DNA from: Candidatus Limnocylindrales bacterium
Lineage (GTDB): Bacteria > Moduliflexota > Moduliflexia > Moduliflexales > JAUQPW01
NCBI GenBank assembly: GCA_035559535.1
Contig: DATMBG010000022.1
Span: 172,568 to 192,567 of the forward strand
Direction: 5' to 3'
DNA length: 20,000 nucleotides
Shown: positions 1 through 8,612 of the stretch, one piece after another
Layout of the letters: every line of letters begins with the position of its first letter
Position numbering within the stretch: position 1 is the stretch's first letter
Program-made: the position numbers and the translations under genes
Notes under the pieces: generated by a model
Seen by the model: the letters and a program-made list of their open reading frames with translations, nothing else
What the model was told of the DNA's origin: nothing
The model's database searches: none

Positions 1-935
1 ATCCCCCGGTCTGTACAAGTGGTGAAAAAGCAGTAAGAAGCATTCTGGCCAAATCCAGAGAAAAGGATGGAACGGTAACCGTTTTTCGGTTATCCAACGA
101 ACTGGTAGCCACCCTGGCCGCATCCTTAAAAAGTACCATTGTTTTAAAAGATTTGACCACAGAACTAACCAGTCTTGAAAAGCTCATTCAAAAACTCCGA
201 AAGGAAGAACACACTGGATATATTGAGGTCATTTTAAATAACCAGGAAGGAAAAGGTTATATTTATTTCCAAGACGGTCGGGTGATGGAGAGTGTTTATA
301 AATCCGACGAGGGAGAACTTATCTCAGGAGCTCAGGGGCTTAAGAAATTATTAGGGCTGAGTGCAGAGGTTGGAGCCGTTTTCAATGTGTATAAGGCAGA
401 TGTTGCTGCTGTCATAGAAGATACCACCAAGATAATGGAAGGGGAGGTTTTAGATTCGGTTCTGACCGTATTTCAAAATATTTTACTTAATTTGGAAAAA
501 GCAATCAATGACGCCATAGGCCAGGGGAAATTTTTGGAAATTTTCAAAAGGGTTTTAACGGCCTATGCCAATAAATATCCCTTTTTAGATCCCTTTGCCG
601 GTGAGTTTAACTATAAGGATGGAGCCCTCTCTTTTGAAGGAACCGTAACCGTAGATGAGTTTGTAGAAGGGGTTTGTGATACCATTCGGCAGACCGTGGA
701 AGAGGCGGCTAAAAGAACTCCAAAGGAAAAACTTCTGTATAATATTCATAACCGCTTCCAAACTATAAAAGGAGAATACAAACAAGATATCGAAAATCTT
801 AAACTGATGAGTAGATTACCCGAACTTCTGGTAGAGCCTGCCGAACCTCCAAAACCTGCTAAGGAAAACCTGGAGGAATCCAAGGAAAAGAAAGGGTTAT
901 TGAGTAGACTCCGGTTAAACATCAAATCTGAATAG
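1..935 (+). CDS. 5'-truncated hypothetical protein, PatA-N/DUF4388-like domain(s), first visible gene of the mgl operon
   Basis: Frame of ORF 153..935 is open back to base 3 (PPVCTSGEKAVRSILAKSREKDGTVTVFRL...), so the true start is outside the window. Motif LIQKL..E..TGYIEV....GKGYIYFQDGRV resembles the PatA-N/DUF4388 fold. The GEKAVRSIL..DGTVTVF segment resembles the later GAQGLKKLL..GAVFNVY, suggesting tandem copies. Confidence 0.6.
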   Translation, partial: PPVCTSGEKAVRSILAKSREKDGTVTVFRLSNELVATLAASLKSTIVLKDLTTELTSLEKLIQKLRKEEHTGYIEVILNNQEGKGYIYFQDGRVMESVYKSDEGELISGAQGLKKLLGLSAEVGAVFNVYKADVAAVIEDTTKIMEGEVLDSVLTVFQNILLNLEKAINDAIGQGKFLEIFKRVLTAYANKYPFLDPFAGEFNYKDGALSFEGTVTVDEFVEGVCDTIRQTVEEAAKRTPKEKLLYNIHNRFQTIKGEYKQDIENLKLMSRLPELLVEPAEPPKPAKENLEESKEKKGLLSRLRLNIKSE

Positions 936-945
936 GGTTTGAAAA

Positions 946-1746
946 ATGCTTGAGAAGATCAAGGATTTTAGTCTTTCGGCTAAACTGGCCTCTCTGATTG
1001 TAATTGCGTTACTCCTTTACGGTTTTTGTATTTTTTTCCTGTTGAGTTATCTACTTGATCAGAAATTTAATAGTGTTTATCCTACCGTTCGAGGAATGAT
1101 GGTCGCCCAGATGGTAGCCCATAATCTGGCCAATACTTCATTAAACGGAAGCAGTATGACTAAAAGTCAGATCCAGCAGACTTTAAATTCTTATGATCCA
1201 TATAAAAGATACGGACTCTTCTATATCATTGTGCAAAATGATAAAAATGAGGTGGTGGCCACCACGTTAGAAACGACCCCCTCTCCGGAACTGATTAAAG
1301 CAAATGAACTGACCCAGGGAAAAGAAATACAAAACAGGCGGTTTAAGTCGGGGGATAACACCATCCAGGACGTTGCCGTACCTATTGGGGATTCCCAACA
1401 ACCTAAAGGAGTTGTTCGAGCCGGGGTCCTGGAGCAGAGTGGAAGTGAAACAGGTTGGGAAATAATCAAAGAGGGAAAAATCCATGAGGTTTTGAATCCT
1501 CTTCTATGGGGAATTTTTACCGGAGCTATTGTGATAGGCTCCCTTCTGATGCTTTTCTTTTCTAAGATTATCGTGCAACGTGTTCAGTACCTGATTGATG
1601 TCGCAGACAAAATGAGTTTTGGAGATTTGGATGTGAAGATCGTTCCAGGTCCTAAGGATGAACTGGGAATATTGGGGGAAACTTTAGAAAGTATGCGGGC
1701 CAATCTCAAAGACGCCATCGAAAGACTTAAAAAGCGAAAACAGTAA
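946..1746 (+). CDS. Membrane sensor-like protein: 2 TM helices, extracytoplasmic (Cache-like) domain, C-terminal HAMP, no output domain
   Basis: Hydrophobic stretches at aa ~14-36 and ~186-209. HAMP signature RVQYLIDVADKMSFGDLDVKI...DELGILGETLESMRANL, after which the protein ends. Confidence 0.85.
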   Translation: MLEKIKDFSLSAKLASLIVIALLLYGFCIFFLLSYLLDQKFNSVYPTVRGMMVAQMVAHNLANTSLNGSSMTKSQIQQTLNSYDPYKRYGLFYIIVQNDKNEVVATTLETTPSPELIKANELTQGKEIQNRRFKSGDNTIQDVAVPIGDSQQPKGVVRAGVLEQSGSETGWEIIKEGKIHEVLNPLLWGIFTGAIVIGSLLMLFFSKIIVQRVQYLIDVADKMSFGDLDVKIVPGPKDELGILGETLESMRANLKDAIERLKKRKQ

Positions 1747-1785
1747 TTTCTTTTTAAACTCAGTCTTTAATGAGGAGTAGGGACC

Positions 1786-2289
1786 ATGCCGAAAAAGATA
1801 GATGGAAGTAAAATTACCATATTATCCTCTGAACAGTATGAAGCCATTAAAAAGTGTTTAGGAGAACTTTACTCCAAGACCAAGGCAAATGCGGTTCTTT
1901 TTGCCGATATAGCCGGTCAGCTTATAGGTGAGCGGGGAGATACCTCCCATATTAATACAACGGTTCTGGCCGCTTTGGCTGCAGCCGATTTTTCGGCCAC
2001 TGCGGAAATGGCCAAATTGGTCGGAGAAGAAGCCCGATTTAAGCTTCTCTTCCATGAGGGGGAAAAGAATAATGTCTACCTTACCAATGTCGGAGATGAG
2101 TATTTTTTGATTATCATTTTTCAATCTAATGTGGCTTTGGGGATGGTAAGGGTTTATACCAAAAAAGCGGTCGAAGCCCTGGATAAGATCATCAAAGAGG
2201 GGGGTAGCAGTAAAACTGTTACAGATATTATTGATGATGATTTTGGAGAACTCCTGGCAAATGAGTTAGATAGCTCATTTAAAGAGTAA
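1786..2289 (+). CDS. mglB: Roadblock/LC7 protein, MglB (GAP of MglA)
   Basis: AVLFADIAGQLI, LAALAAADFSATAEMAKLVGE..F..LFHEGEK, LGMVRVY; acidic C-terminal tail; RBS GAGGAG upstream; directly before mglA. Confidence 0.92.
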   Translation: MPKKIDGSKITILSSEQYEAIKKCLGELYSKTKANAVLFADIAGQLIGERGDTSHINTTVLAALAAADFSATAEMAKLVGEEARFKLLFHEGEKNNVYLTNVGDEYFLIIIFQSNVALGMVRVYTKKAVEALDKIIKEGGSSKTVTDIIDDDFGELLANELDSSFKE

Positions 2290-2312
2290 CTTGTCTCCTA
2301 TCTATCACGACT

Positions 2313-2897
2313 ATGTATATTAACTGGGCTTTACAGCAAATCAATCTGAAGATCGTTTATTATGGCCCCGGTGTCAGTGGAAAAACCACCAATTTGCTTT
2401 ATATTCACTCTAAAGTGGCTCCAGAACTTAAAGGAGAGCTCGTTTCCCTTCAAACCCAAGAAGACCGTACCATCTTTTTTGACTTCCTCCAACTGGAGGT
2501 AGGTAAAATAAAAGGGAAAAAACCAAAATTCAATTTATATACCGTCCCAGGTCAGGTGTATTATGCTTATAGTCGAAAGGTCATCCTAAATGGAGTGGAT
2601 GGGGTGGTATTTGTAGCCGATTCTCAATTCGATCGACTGGAAGCCAATCTTGAAACCCTGAACGATCTGGAGAATAATTTGAAACAGGATGGACATAAGA
2701 TGGATGAGTTTCCTTGGGTTATTCAATACAACAAGCGAGATCTTCCCAATGTAGCCCCTATTCCTTATTTACAACTCAAACTGAATAAATATAACGTTCC
2801 CTATTTTGAAGCGGTGGCCAATAAAGGGATCGGAGTTTTTGAAACCCTTAAGGCAGTCATTAACCTGGTAGTGGCTAACGTCAGGAAAAAACTCTGA
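2313..2897 (+). CDS. mglA: Ras-like small GTPase MglA
   Basis: KIVYYGPGVSGKTTNL (G1), DRTIFFDF with the intrinsic Arg, LYTVPGQ (G3), QYNKRD (G4), EAVA (G5). Confidence 0.96.
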   Translation: MYINWALQQINLKIVYYGPGVSGKTTNLLYIHSKVAPELKGELVSLQTQEDRTIFFDFLQLEVGKIKGKKPKFNLYTVPGQVYYAYSRKVILNGVDGVVFVADSQFDRLEANLETLNDLENNLKQDGHKMDEFPWVIQYNKRDLPNVAPIPYLQLKLNKYNVPYFEAVANKGIGVFETLKAVINLVVANVRKKL

Positions 2898-3277
2898 TGG
2901 ATCAAGATCTTCCCTCAACTCAAAATCTCATTGAAGAAAAGCTTCAAGAAATCAGTAAAGAAGGCCGCTTTGATCTGCTGGTTCTATTTAGTGAAGAAGG
3001 TCTTCCCATGATTCAGATTCCATCATCTAAGTATGATAAAGACAATTTTATTGCCCTTTCTATCCTGCTCAACGACCTGGCAAAAGTCGCAGAAACGTTA
3101 GATTCTTCCCTCAAAGTCGTGGAAACTTCTATTACCACATACCATAAAACCAAAATCGTGGGTCGTATTTTTTATGTCAACGGAATTCGCTTGAATCTGG
3201 TCGCCATCGTCCCACCTGAAGTGGCCTATCGTAAATTTTTCAATAAGGCAGTTAAAGCCCTTTCGGCTATTTTATAA
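2897..3277 (+). CDS. Second, divergent roadblock/LC7-like protein (MglB paralog or MglC-like)
   Basis: LVLFSEEGLPM...FIALS pattern typical of roadblock/longin folds; start overlaps the mglA stop (TGATG). Confidence 0.65.
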   Translation: MDQDLPSTQNLIEEKLQEISKEGRFDLLVLFSEEGLPMIQIPSSKYDKDNFIALSILLNDLAKVAETLDSSLKVVETSITTYHKTKIVGRIFYVNGIRLNLVAIVPPEVAYRKFFNKAVKALSAIL

Positions 3278-3281
3278 CTTT

Positions 3282-3626
3282 CTAACCCGGCGGCCATCTC
3301 ATACCTCTCCCCCCTAAAAGATGGAGATGAAGATGGTAAACCGACTGTCCCCCTTCGGGATTACAATTTATAACCAATCGGAACCCACGATGATGAACGT
3401 TTTTTAAAGTCGCAATTTTTTTTGCTACCAGGATCATTCTTCCCATGAGCATCTCTTCCTGATCTGGAACATCCATTAAAGTAGCTATATGCTTTTTGGG
3501 AATGATGAGAACATGAACCGGAGCTTGAGGATCGATATCTTCAAAGGCAAAAACCTGATCATCTTCATACACAACGGTACTCGGAAGCTCTTTTTTAACG
3601 ATCTGGCAAAAAATACATCTCCTCAT
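3282..3626 (-). CDS. hinT: HIT-family purine nucleoside phosphoramidase
   Basis: [41 protein letters not shown]-terminal WPPG. Confidence 0.95.
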   Translation of the reverse strand: MRRCIFCQIVKKELPSTVVYEDDQVFAFEDIDPQAPVHVLIIPKKHIATLMDVPDQEEMLMGRMILVAKKIATLKNVHHRGFRLVINCNPEGGQSVYHLHLHLLGGRGMRWPPG

Positions 3627-4000
3627 GATCCGTAAACCTTCTTTTCATCGAACACCTTTTCCTGAATGATAGTACTGGTTTCTAAATCCTTCTCCAGGCG
3701 CCTGTAAAAACAACTACGATAACCTTCATGGCACGCACCGACCACCTGTTCCACTTTAATTAACAGACAATCCCCATCACAATCCAAAAATACCTCCCGT
3801 ACAAATTGATAATGACCGGAAGTTTCTCCTTTTGTCCATAACTTCTTCCGGGATCGGCTCCAAAAATAAACTTTACCCGTCTCAAAGGTTTTTTCTAAGG
3901 CGGTACGGTTCATATAACCCATCATGAGGACCTCATTATTTTCTGCATCTTGAACAATGGCCGGAATTAAACCATTTGAATCAAATCTGAGCGCTGTCAT
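3623..4000 (-). CDS. hisI: Phosphoribosyl-AMP cyclohydrolase
   Basis: [41 protein letters not shown] at 4000 (MTALRF) is preferred over the ORF-track start at 4036. Stop overlaps the hinT start (ATGA). Confidence 0.95.
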   Translation of the reverse strand: MTALRFDSNGLIPAIVQDAENNEVLMMGYMNRTALEKTFETGKVYFWSRSRKKLWTKGETSGHYQFVREVFLDCDGDCLLIKVEQVVGACHEGYRSCFYRRLEKDLETSTIIQEKVFDEKKVYGS

Positions 4001-4056
4001 GGAGTACTCTTTTGGACTATAAAGCCCCAAAGGCACAAAGGAAACCGGATAAAAAA

Positions 4057-4168
4057 GTATGGGAGTGTGGGAGTATGGGAGTATGGGAGTATGGGAGTAT
4101 GGGAGTATGGGAGTATGGGAGTATGGGAGTGTGGGAGTATGGGAGTGTGGGAGTATGGGAGTGTGGGA
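4057..4168. repeat. Tandem octamer repeat (GTRTGGGA)x14
   Basis: 14 consecutive units of GTATGGGA/GTGTGGGA, followed by degenerate units and a partial inverted copy (CTCCATACTTTC, ~4214-4225). Confidence 0.97.
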
Positions 4169-4351
4169 GTATGAAAGTGGGAGGATGTAGGAGATTCACC
4201 TATATCCCTCTACCTCCATACTTTCGTGATATTCTTTGTACCTTTAGAGCGAATAGGATTAAAAAGTTATCCACGATGTTAATCATAATTCACCATACCC
4301 CCAATATCTATGACTCCACATGCCTTGTCAACAGTTAATTGCGAATTCTTT

Positions 4352-5173
4352 TTAATAATCCCAGGGTCCTCTAGATAAATAGTAGTCGTCCACCACTCTA
4401 AAGGTAAATTGATTAGTCGCCTCCAGCCGCCTATAACCATATCGGGTCTCGGACCACAATTTGACCGTATAGGTTAAAACTCCCGGCGGGGTCTCTCGAT
4501 CTACAACCAGATCCAATTCGTAGACCCCTGGAGATCTTTTCCAGGCTTCCACCCGTTTCCATAAATGACCCCAACTGTTATAAATTTCGAAGTAATATCG
4601 AATCGAAGGTTTGGAAGAAGCATTGGTTCTAACCGTTATAACCCCACTCCCACCTTGAGGTATAGACCAGGGAGTTACATAGGCACTGATCCATAAATCA
4701 TCCGGGTAAGGACGGTCATCGCAATCCAGGACCCTAAAACGAACCCGATTAGCATAACCATAACCCGAATCCCCATCCACATTTACCCAGAGTGATTCGG
4801 TGCCTGGAGGACCTTCGACCTCAAACATGACATCCATCAAATCCGATAGATAATAAGTACCCGGATTTAATCTGCCACTGTAAAGGGTTCGGGTAATACC
4901 TCGGGTATCTCGATTCATAAGGTAAATGTATTGGGAATAATCCCCTCGATTGGTTAACCGGATATCTATCCGGTCTCTACCTATGCAAAAAGAAGTTTTC
5001 GGATATTTGGTATAGTAATCTACGGTTTCTATACTTATCCGGACCCTGGGTTGAGGAACCAGCTTGCGATACTCCGCTCCCCAGGTTTCTCCAATAAAAT
5101 TCGTTAAATTTCCGATTCCTGATAAAAGTAGAGTTAAAATTAAAAACACTTTATATCCGCGAGATGGAAGCAT
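4352..5173 (-). CDS. Secreted hypothetical protein with two probable beta-sandwich domains (first one DUF4384-like)
   Basis: Basic plus hydrophobic N-terminus resembling a signal peptide; RBS GGAGGA; alternating beta-strand pattern, Tyr/Trp-rich; F.IG..I.I.L...YIYL..D..G...LY resembles DUF4384. Confidence 0.6.
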   Translation of the reverse strand: MLPSRGYKVFLILTLLLSGIGNLTNFIGETWGAEYRKLVPQPRVRISIETVDYYTKYPKTSFCIGRDRIDIRLTNRGDYSQYIYLMNRDTRGITRTLYSGRLNPGTYYLSDLMDVMFEVEGPPGTESLWVNVDGDSGYGYANRVRFRVLDCDDRPYPDDLWISAYVTPWSIPQGGSGVITVRTNASSKPSIRYYFEIYNSWGHLWKRVEAWKRSPGVYELDLVVDRETPPGVLTYTVKLWSETRYGYRRLEATNQFTFRVVDDYYLSRGPWDY

Positions 5174-5225
5174 ACTCTTTATCCTCCTTTTTAATCAAGT
5201 TTAAGAAGTATAGGACATAGTGCTT

Positions 5226-5343
5226 TGTTACTTTAATTTTGCTTAATGTTTAAGTGGCCCTCACCCCCGGCCCCTCTCCCACGCTTCGGGAGAGGGGAGC
5301 TGGGGAGTGAAAGCAACCCTATGAGGTCAAAATTAAGGTAACA
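5226..5343. mobile_element. MITE-like 118-bp element with 16-bp terminal inverted repeats enclosing a REP-like hairpin
   Basis: TGTTACTTTAATTTTG (5226-5241) versus CAAAATTAAGGTAACA (5328-5343), 15/16 complementary. Internal CCCTCACCCCCGGCCCCTCTCCC-ACGCTTC-GGGAGAGGGGAGCTGGGGAGTGA stem-loop. Confidence 0.6.
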
Positions 5344-5361
5344 GTGTAACAGGAGCCTGCC

Positions 5362-5441
5362 TGGGAGCGCAGGCATCCCGCCCGACATTAATTATTTGAA
5401 ACAAGATTTACAAGAGTTTGGAAGTGCAGGCATCCTGCCTG
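5362..5441. repeat. Two REP-like copies, TGGRAGYGCAGGCATCCYGCCYG
   Basis: Direct copies at 5362-5384 and 5419-5441, each with an internal CAGGC..GCCTG-type hairpin. Confidence 0.7.
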
Positions 5442-5568
5442 GTTTGATAGTTGTAACCGGTTTTTCTACTTAGAAAGATGTAGAAAGTGGTGAAAGGTTG
5501 CAGAATTATCGATTTGATATAAAAATCGGAAATTAAAATCTTAGTTCTGAACTCTCTTGAAATATATC

Positions 5569-5596
5569 TTGACAAACCCTAAGGGAACGTTCTAAT
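5569..5596 (+). promoter_or_regulatory. Putative sigma70 promoter of ctpA
   Basis: TTGACA-N16-TCTAAT about 125 bp upstream of the ATG; RBS AGGAGG at 5704-5709. Confidence 0.45.
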
Positions 5597-5719
5597 CTTT
5601 CTTAATAGAAAACAAGCGTAAAGGAGTCAAACGCTAAATCAGGTTTAGATTTCAGAGATCAGCTCTCATTTAACTATCTAAATAATGAGTGGCAGATTCA
5701 TTTAGGAGGAGAAAACCTC

Positions 5720-7132
5720 ATGTATCAAAGGATCAAGAACCATAAGATATTTACCCTCATTGTCATCTTCAGTCTAGTCTTTGGGATTAGTCTGACTTCA
5801 AAAGTTCTTGCCACCCAATCTAACGCCTATGAAAAGCTGAAAATACTCAGCGAAGTTTTATACTTAATCCAAACCAATTATGTTGAAGAGGTGAATACGC
5901 AGGACTTGATTTACGGGGCCATCAATGGAATGCTTAAAGTTTTAGATCCCCATAGTTCTTTTATGCCCCCGGATGTTTATCAGGAAATGCAGGTAGAAAC
6001 CAAAGGGAGTTTTGGGGGGTTAGGGATTCAAATTGCCATTAAGGATAATCAATTAACCGTCATTGCCCCTATTGAAGATACGCCTGCGTATCGTGCCGGG
6101 ATTGAGGCTGGAGATAAGATCGTTAAAATAGAAGACAAGCCGACGAAGGATATGACGCTGATGGATGCTGTGAAAATGCTTCGAGGTCCTAAAGGAACTA
6201 AAGTAACCATCACCATCATGCGGGAAGGATTCGAGAAACCCAAAGATTTCGTTTTAACCCGGGATGTCATCGAGATAAAAAGTGTTAGCTGGAAAGTCTT
6301 GGAAGGAAATATCGGATATATTCGGTTAAAACAGTTCCAGGAAAATACGGCCGATGAGCTTGAGACGGCATTGGACAAACTAGAAGAAGCCGGCATCAAA
6401 GCCATGATCCTGGATCTGCGTAATGATCCGGGCGGACTCCTCAATGCAGCGGTAGATGTAGCCGATAAATTCCTGGAGAAAGGTAAGTTGATTGTCTATA
6501 CCAAGGGTCGGGCGAAAAATCAGGATATGCGTTTTGTGGCCCGTCAAGGAGCTACCCATCCTTACCATCCCCTGGTGGTATTGGTTAATCACGGAAGTGC
6601 CAGTGCTTCTGAAATCGTTGCCGGGGCCATTCAGGATCATGGAAGAGGCCTTATTGTAGGAACCAAAACCTTTGGTAAAGGTTCTGTACAGAGCGTCGTA
6701 CCTCTTTCAGATAATTCAGGACTTCGGCTGACTACCGCTAAATATTATACCCCCAATGGACGAACAATCCATGAAAAGGGAATTATCCCCGATGTAATCG
6801 TTGAGCTTCCTAAATCGGGCCAGGATACCGAAGAAGCGGCTCTGGAAGCTTTATCAAAGGAAAAACCTAAAGAAAAATCCGAATCTTCCGATAAGGGAAA
6901 ATCCCCACAGGTCCCAACCGAAAAGGGCACACAGCCGGAAAGTAAAAATCCATCGGATAGCTCTCAACAGAAAACCGGTGAAGGCAGTGATACGAGTAAA
7001 GAAGGAAAAGAAGAAACGGTTAAAAAAGATCCCCAACTGGAAAAAGATGTTCAGTTACAACGGGCTGTGGATATCCTCAAAGGGATCATGATATTCGAAA
7101 AACAAAAACTGATGGAGGCGAAAAAGCCTTAA
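5720..7132 (+). CDS. ctpA: Carboxyl-terminal processing protease, S41A family
   Basis: Signal anchor, LDPHS, PDZ domain (GGLGIQI..APIEDTPA), LDLRNDPGG, SASASEI catalytic Ser, TFGKGSVQ catalytic Lys, D.QL..A C-terminus. Confidence 0.96.
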   Translation: MYQRIKNHKIFTLIVIFSLVFGISLTSKVLATQSNAYEKLKILSEVLYLIQTNYVEEVNTQDLIYGAINGMLKVLDPHSSFMPPDVYQEMQVETKGSFGGLGIQIAIKDNQLTVIAPIEDTPAYRAGIEAGDKIVKIEDKPTKDMTLMDAVKMLRGPKGTKVTITIMREGFEKPKDFVLTRDVIEIKSVSWKVLEGNIGYIRLKQFQENTADELETALDKLEEAGIKAMILDLRNDPGGLLNAAVDVADKFLEKGKLIVYTKGRAKNQDMRFVARQGATHPYHPLVVLVNHGSASASEIVAGAIQDHGRGLIVGTKTFGKGSVQSVVPLSDNSGLRLTTAKYYTPNGRTIHEKGIIPDVIVELPKSGQDTEEAALEALSKEKPKEKSESSDKGKSPQVPTEKGTQPESKNPSDSSQQKTGEGSDTSKEGKEETVKKDPQLEKDVQLQRAVDILKGIMIFEKQKLMEAKKP

Positions 7133-7140
7133 AAAATAGA

Positions 7141-7200
7141 AAGGAGACGTGTGATAACGAAACATCGGTTCTAGTTCTCCCCCACGTCTCCTTATTTCTG
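7141..7200 (+). terminator. Inverted repeat after ctpA (possible terminator or RNA-stabilising stem)
   Basis: AAGGAGACGTG (7141-7151) and CACGTCTCCTT (7183-7193) form a perfect 11-bp stem, followed by ATTTCTGTGTT. The 31-nt loop is long for an intrinsic terminator. Confidence 0.4.
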
Positions 7201-7268
7201 TGTTATTGTATCCTTTATCCCTCATGTCCTTAACTTCTTGACTTTTATCTCAAGCGGTACCCGATCCC

Positions 7269-8588
7269 GTGGAAGACGAAAAGGAGCAGCATCCAGCTCA
7301 ACTGGATATACCTCAGAATCCGGCAGTTTTAAGATCATTCTGGATTGTCTTTTTATTCTTCGCTTTTCTTTTTTCCATAGGTTTATTAACGCGACCTTTT
7401 TTTCCAGCCCTCAAAGGATTAAAGAATTATATCTTCCATGAGATTTTTAAAAAACCTGACTTTGGCCATACGGTCTTTAATCTGGATACCATAATCAGTA
7501 AAGAACTTACCGATCTGGGTCTTTCCAAAGATCAGATCCAGGTCCAGATCTCTCAGAATGTTGATGCATTCCATCAGGAGTGGACTTCTTACCTCTATGA
7601 GATTAAACTTCCCCCGGAATATAATTTCTCGGATATCCAGCAAAGATTTTATCAGGCGATAAAGTCCGCCCGGGGAAGGCTCTTCGAAGTTTATAAAGGG
7701 GAGGTTCCTCAAGAGGTCTTTGTTTTGACCCTTGGCATAGAACAAACCATTACCCATACCCTTCGATTTATAAAACAGACCCTCCCGGATTTGAAAGAAT
7801 CTCTCCCACCAGCTCTGCCGGGGCCTGAAGAGAAACGACCTCAAGTGGCCATCGTGATGGATGATGTAGGCTTCAGTGAAGAAGCAGTTCATAAAATCCT
7901 CCAGTTAGGGGAACCTTTTACTTTCGCCATCATTCCCCATCTGGAGAAATCCGTTGCCATTGCGGAACTTCTCAATGAAAAAAAGCAAGAAATTATCCTC
8001 CATATTCCCATGGAGCCCGAAGAGGATTCCTTTATAAATCTGGGGAAAGGAGGGCTCTGGACCCATATGAGCAATGAGCAGATCCGACAAACTGTACGAG
8101 AAGATATTGAAGCAGTCCCTTATATCAAAGGGGTCAGTAATCATATGGGTTCTCGATTCACTACAAGAGCCGAAAAAATGCGGGTGGTTTTAGAGGAGAT
8201 AAAAAAATATCATCTTTTCTTCCTGGATAGTCGAACCAGCAGCCAAACCGTGGGCTATCAACTCGCCAGGAAAATGGGTCTTAGATCTCTAGAGCGAGAT
8301 ATTTTCCTGGATGATGTGGAAGAGTTAAATGCTATCCGGGCCCAGTTGAAAAAGGTCGAGAATTTAGCCCTTAGAGATGGAAGAGTCATTGCCATTGGCC
8401 ATCCCAGATCTATCACCATTGAAGCCCTCCGTCTAATGCTCCCTGAGTTTAAGAAAAAAAATATTGAGATGGTCGGTTTATCTAAACTCATCGATGAAAC
8501 TCAGACAGAAAGCGGACATCAGGATTCAGAAGTTAGAAATCATGAATCAGAGACCAGAAGCCAGAAATCAGAAGTCAGAAAATTCTGA
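7269..8588 (+). CDS. Divergent polysaccharide deacetylase (YibQ family) with N-terminal membrane anchor
   Basis: VAIVMDDVG, LHIPMEP, GVSNHMGS, FFLDSRT, RDIFLD, AIGHP; the ctpA-yibQ neighbourhood is conventional. Confidence 0.92.
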   Translation: MEDEKEQHPAQLDIPQNPAVLRSFWIVFLFFAFLFSIGLLTRPFFPALKGLKNYIFHEIFKKPDFGHTVFNLDTIISKELTDLGLSKDQIQVQISQNVDAFHQEWTSYLYEIKLPPEYNFSDIQQRFYQAIKSARGRLFEVYKGEVPQEVFVLTLGIEQTITHTLRFIKQTLPDLKESLPPALPGPEEKRPQVAIVMDDVGFSEEAVHKILQLGEPFTFAIIPHLEKSVAIAELLNEKKQEIILHIPMEPEEDSFINLGKGGLWTHMSNEQIRQTVREDIEAVPYIKGVSNHMGSRFTTRAEKMRVVLEEIKKYHLFFLDSRTSSQTVGYQLARKMGLRSLERDIFLDDVEELNAIRAQLKKVENLALRDGRVIAIGHPRSITIEALRLMLPEFKKKNIEMVGLSKLIDETQTESGHQDSEVRNHESETRSQKSEVRKF

Positions 8589-8603
8589 CTTCCGGCTTCT
8601 GAT
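8518..8603. repeat. Degenerate heptamer repeat (consensus RTCAGAA): 9 direct plus 3 inverted units forming a hairpin across the stop codon
   Basis: atcagga ttcagaa gttagaa atcatga atcagag accagaa gccagaa atcagaa gtcagaa-aa-ttctgac ttccggc ttctgat. Confidence 0.85.
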
Positions 8604-8612
8604 CTCTCTTTT

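Noticed and set aside
4303-4331. Minus-strand TTGACA-N17-GATATT as the hisI promoter
   Set aside because: The -10 box is weak and lies 300 bp from the start; not supportable without TSS data.
4012-4338. ORFs 4012..4338(+) and 4017..4199(-) with MGVWEYGS / PYSHTPIL repeats; possible CRISPR or His-rich attenuator leader
   Set aside because: They are translations of the octamer DNA repeat. There are no unique spacers, no run of consecutive His codons and no terminator/antiterminator.
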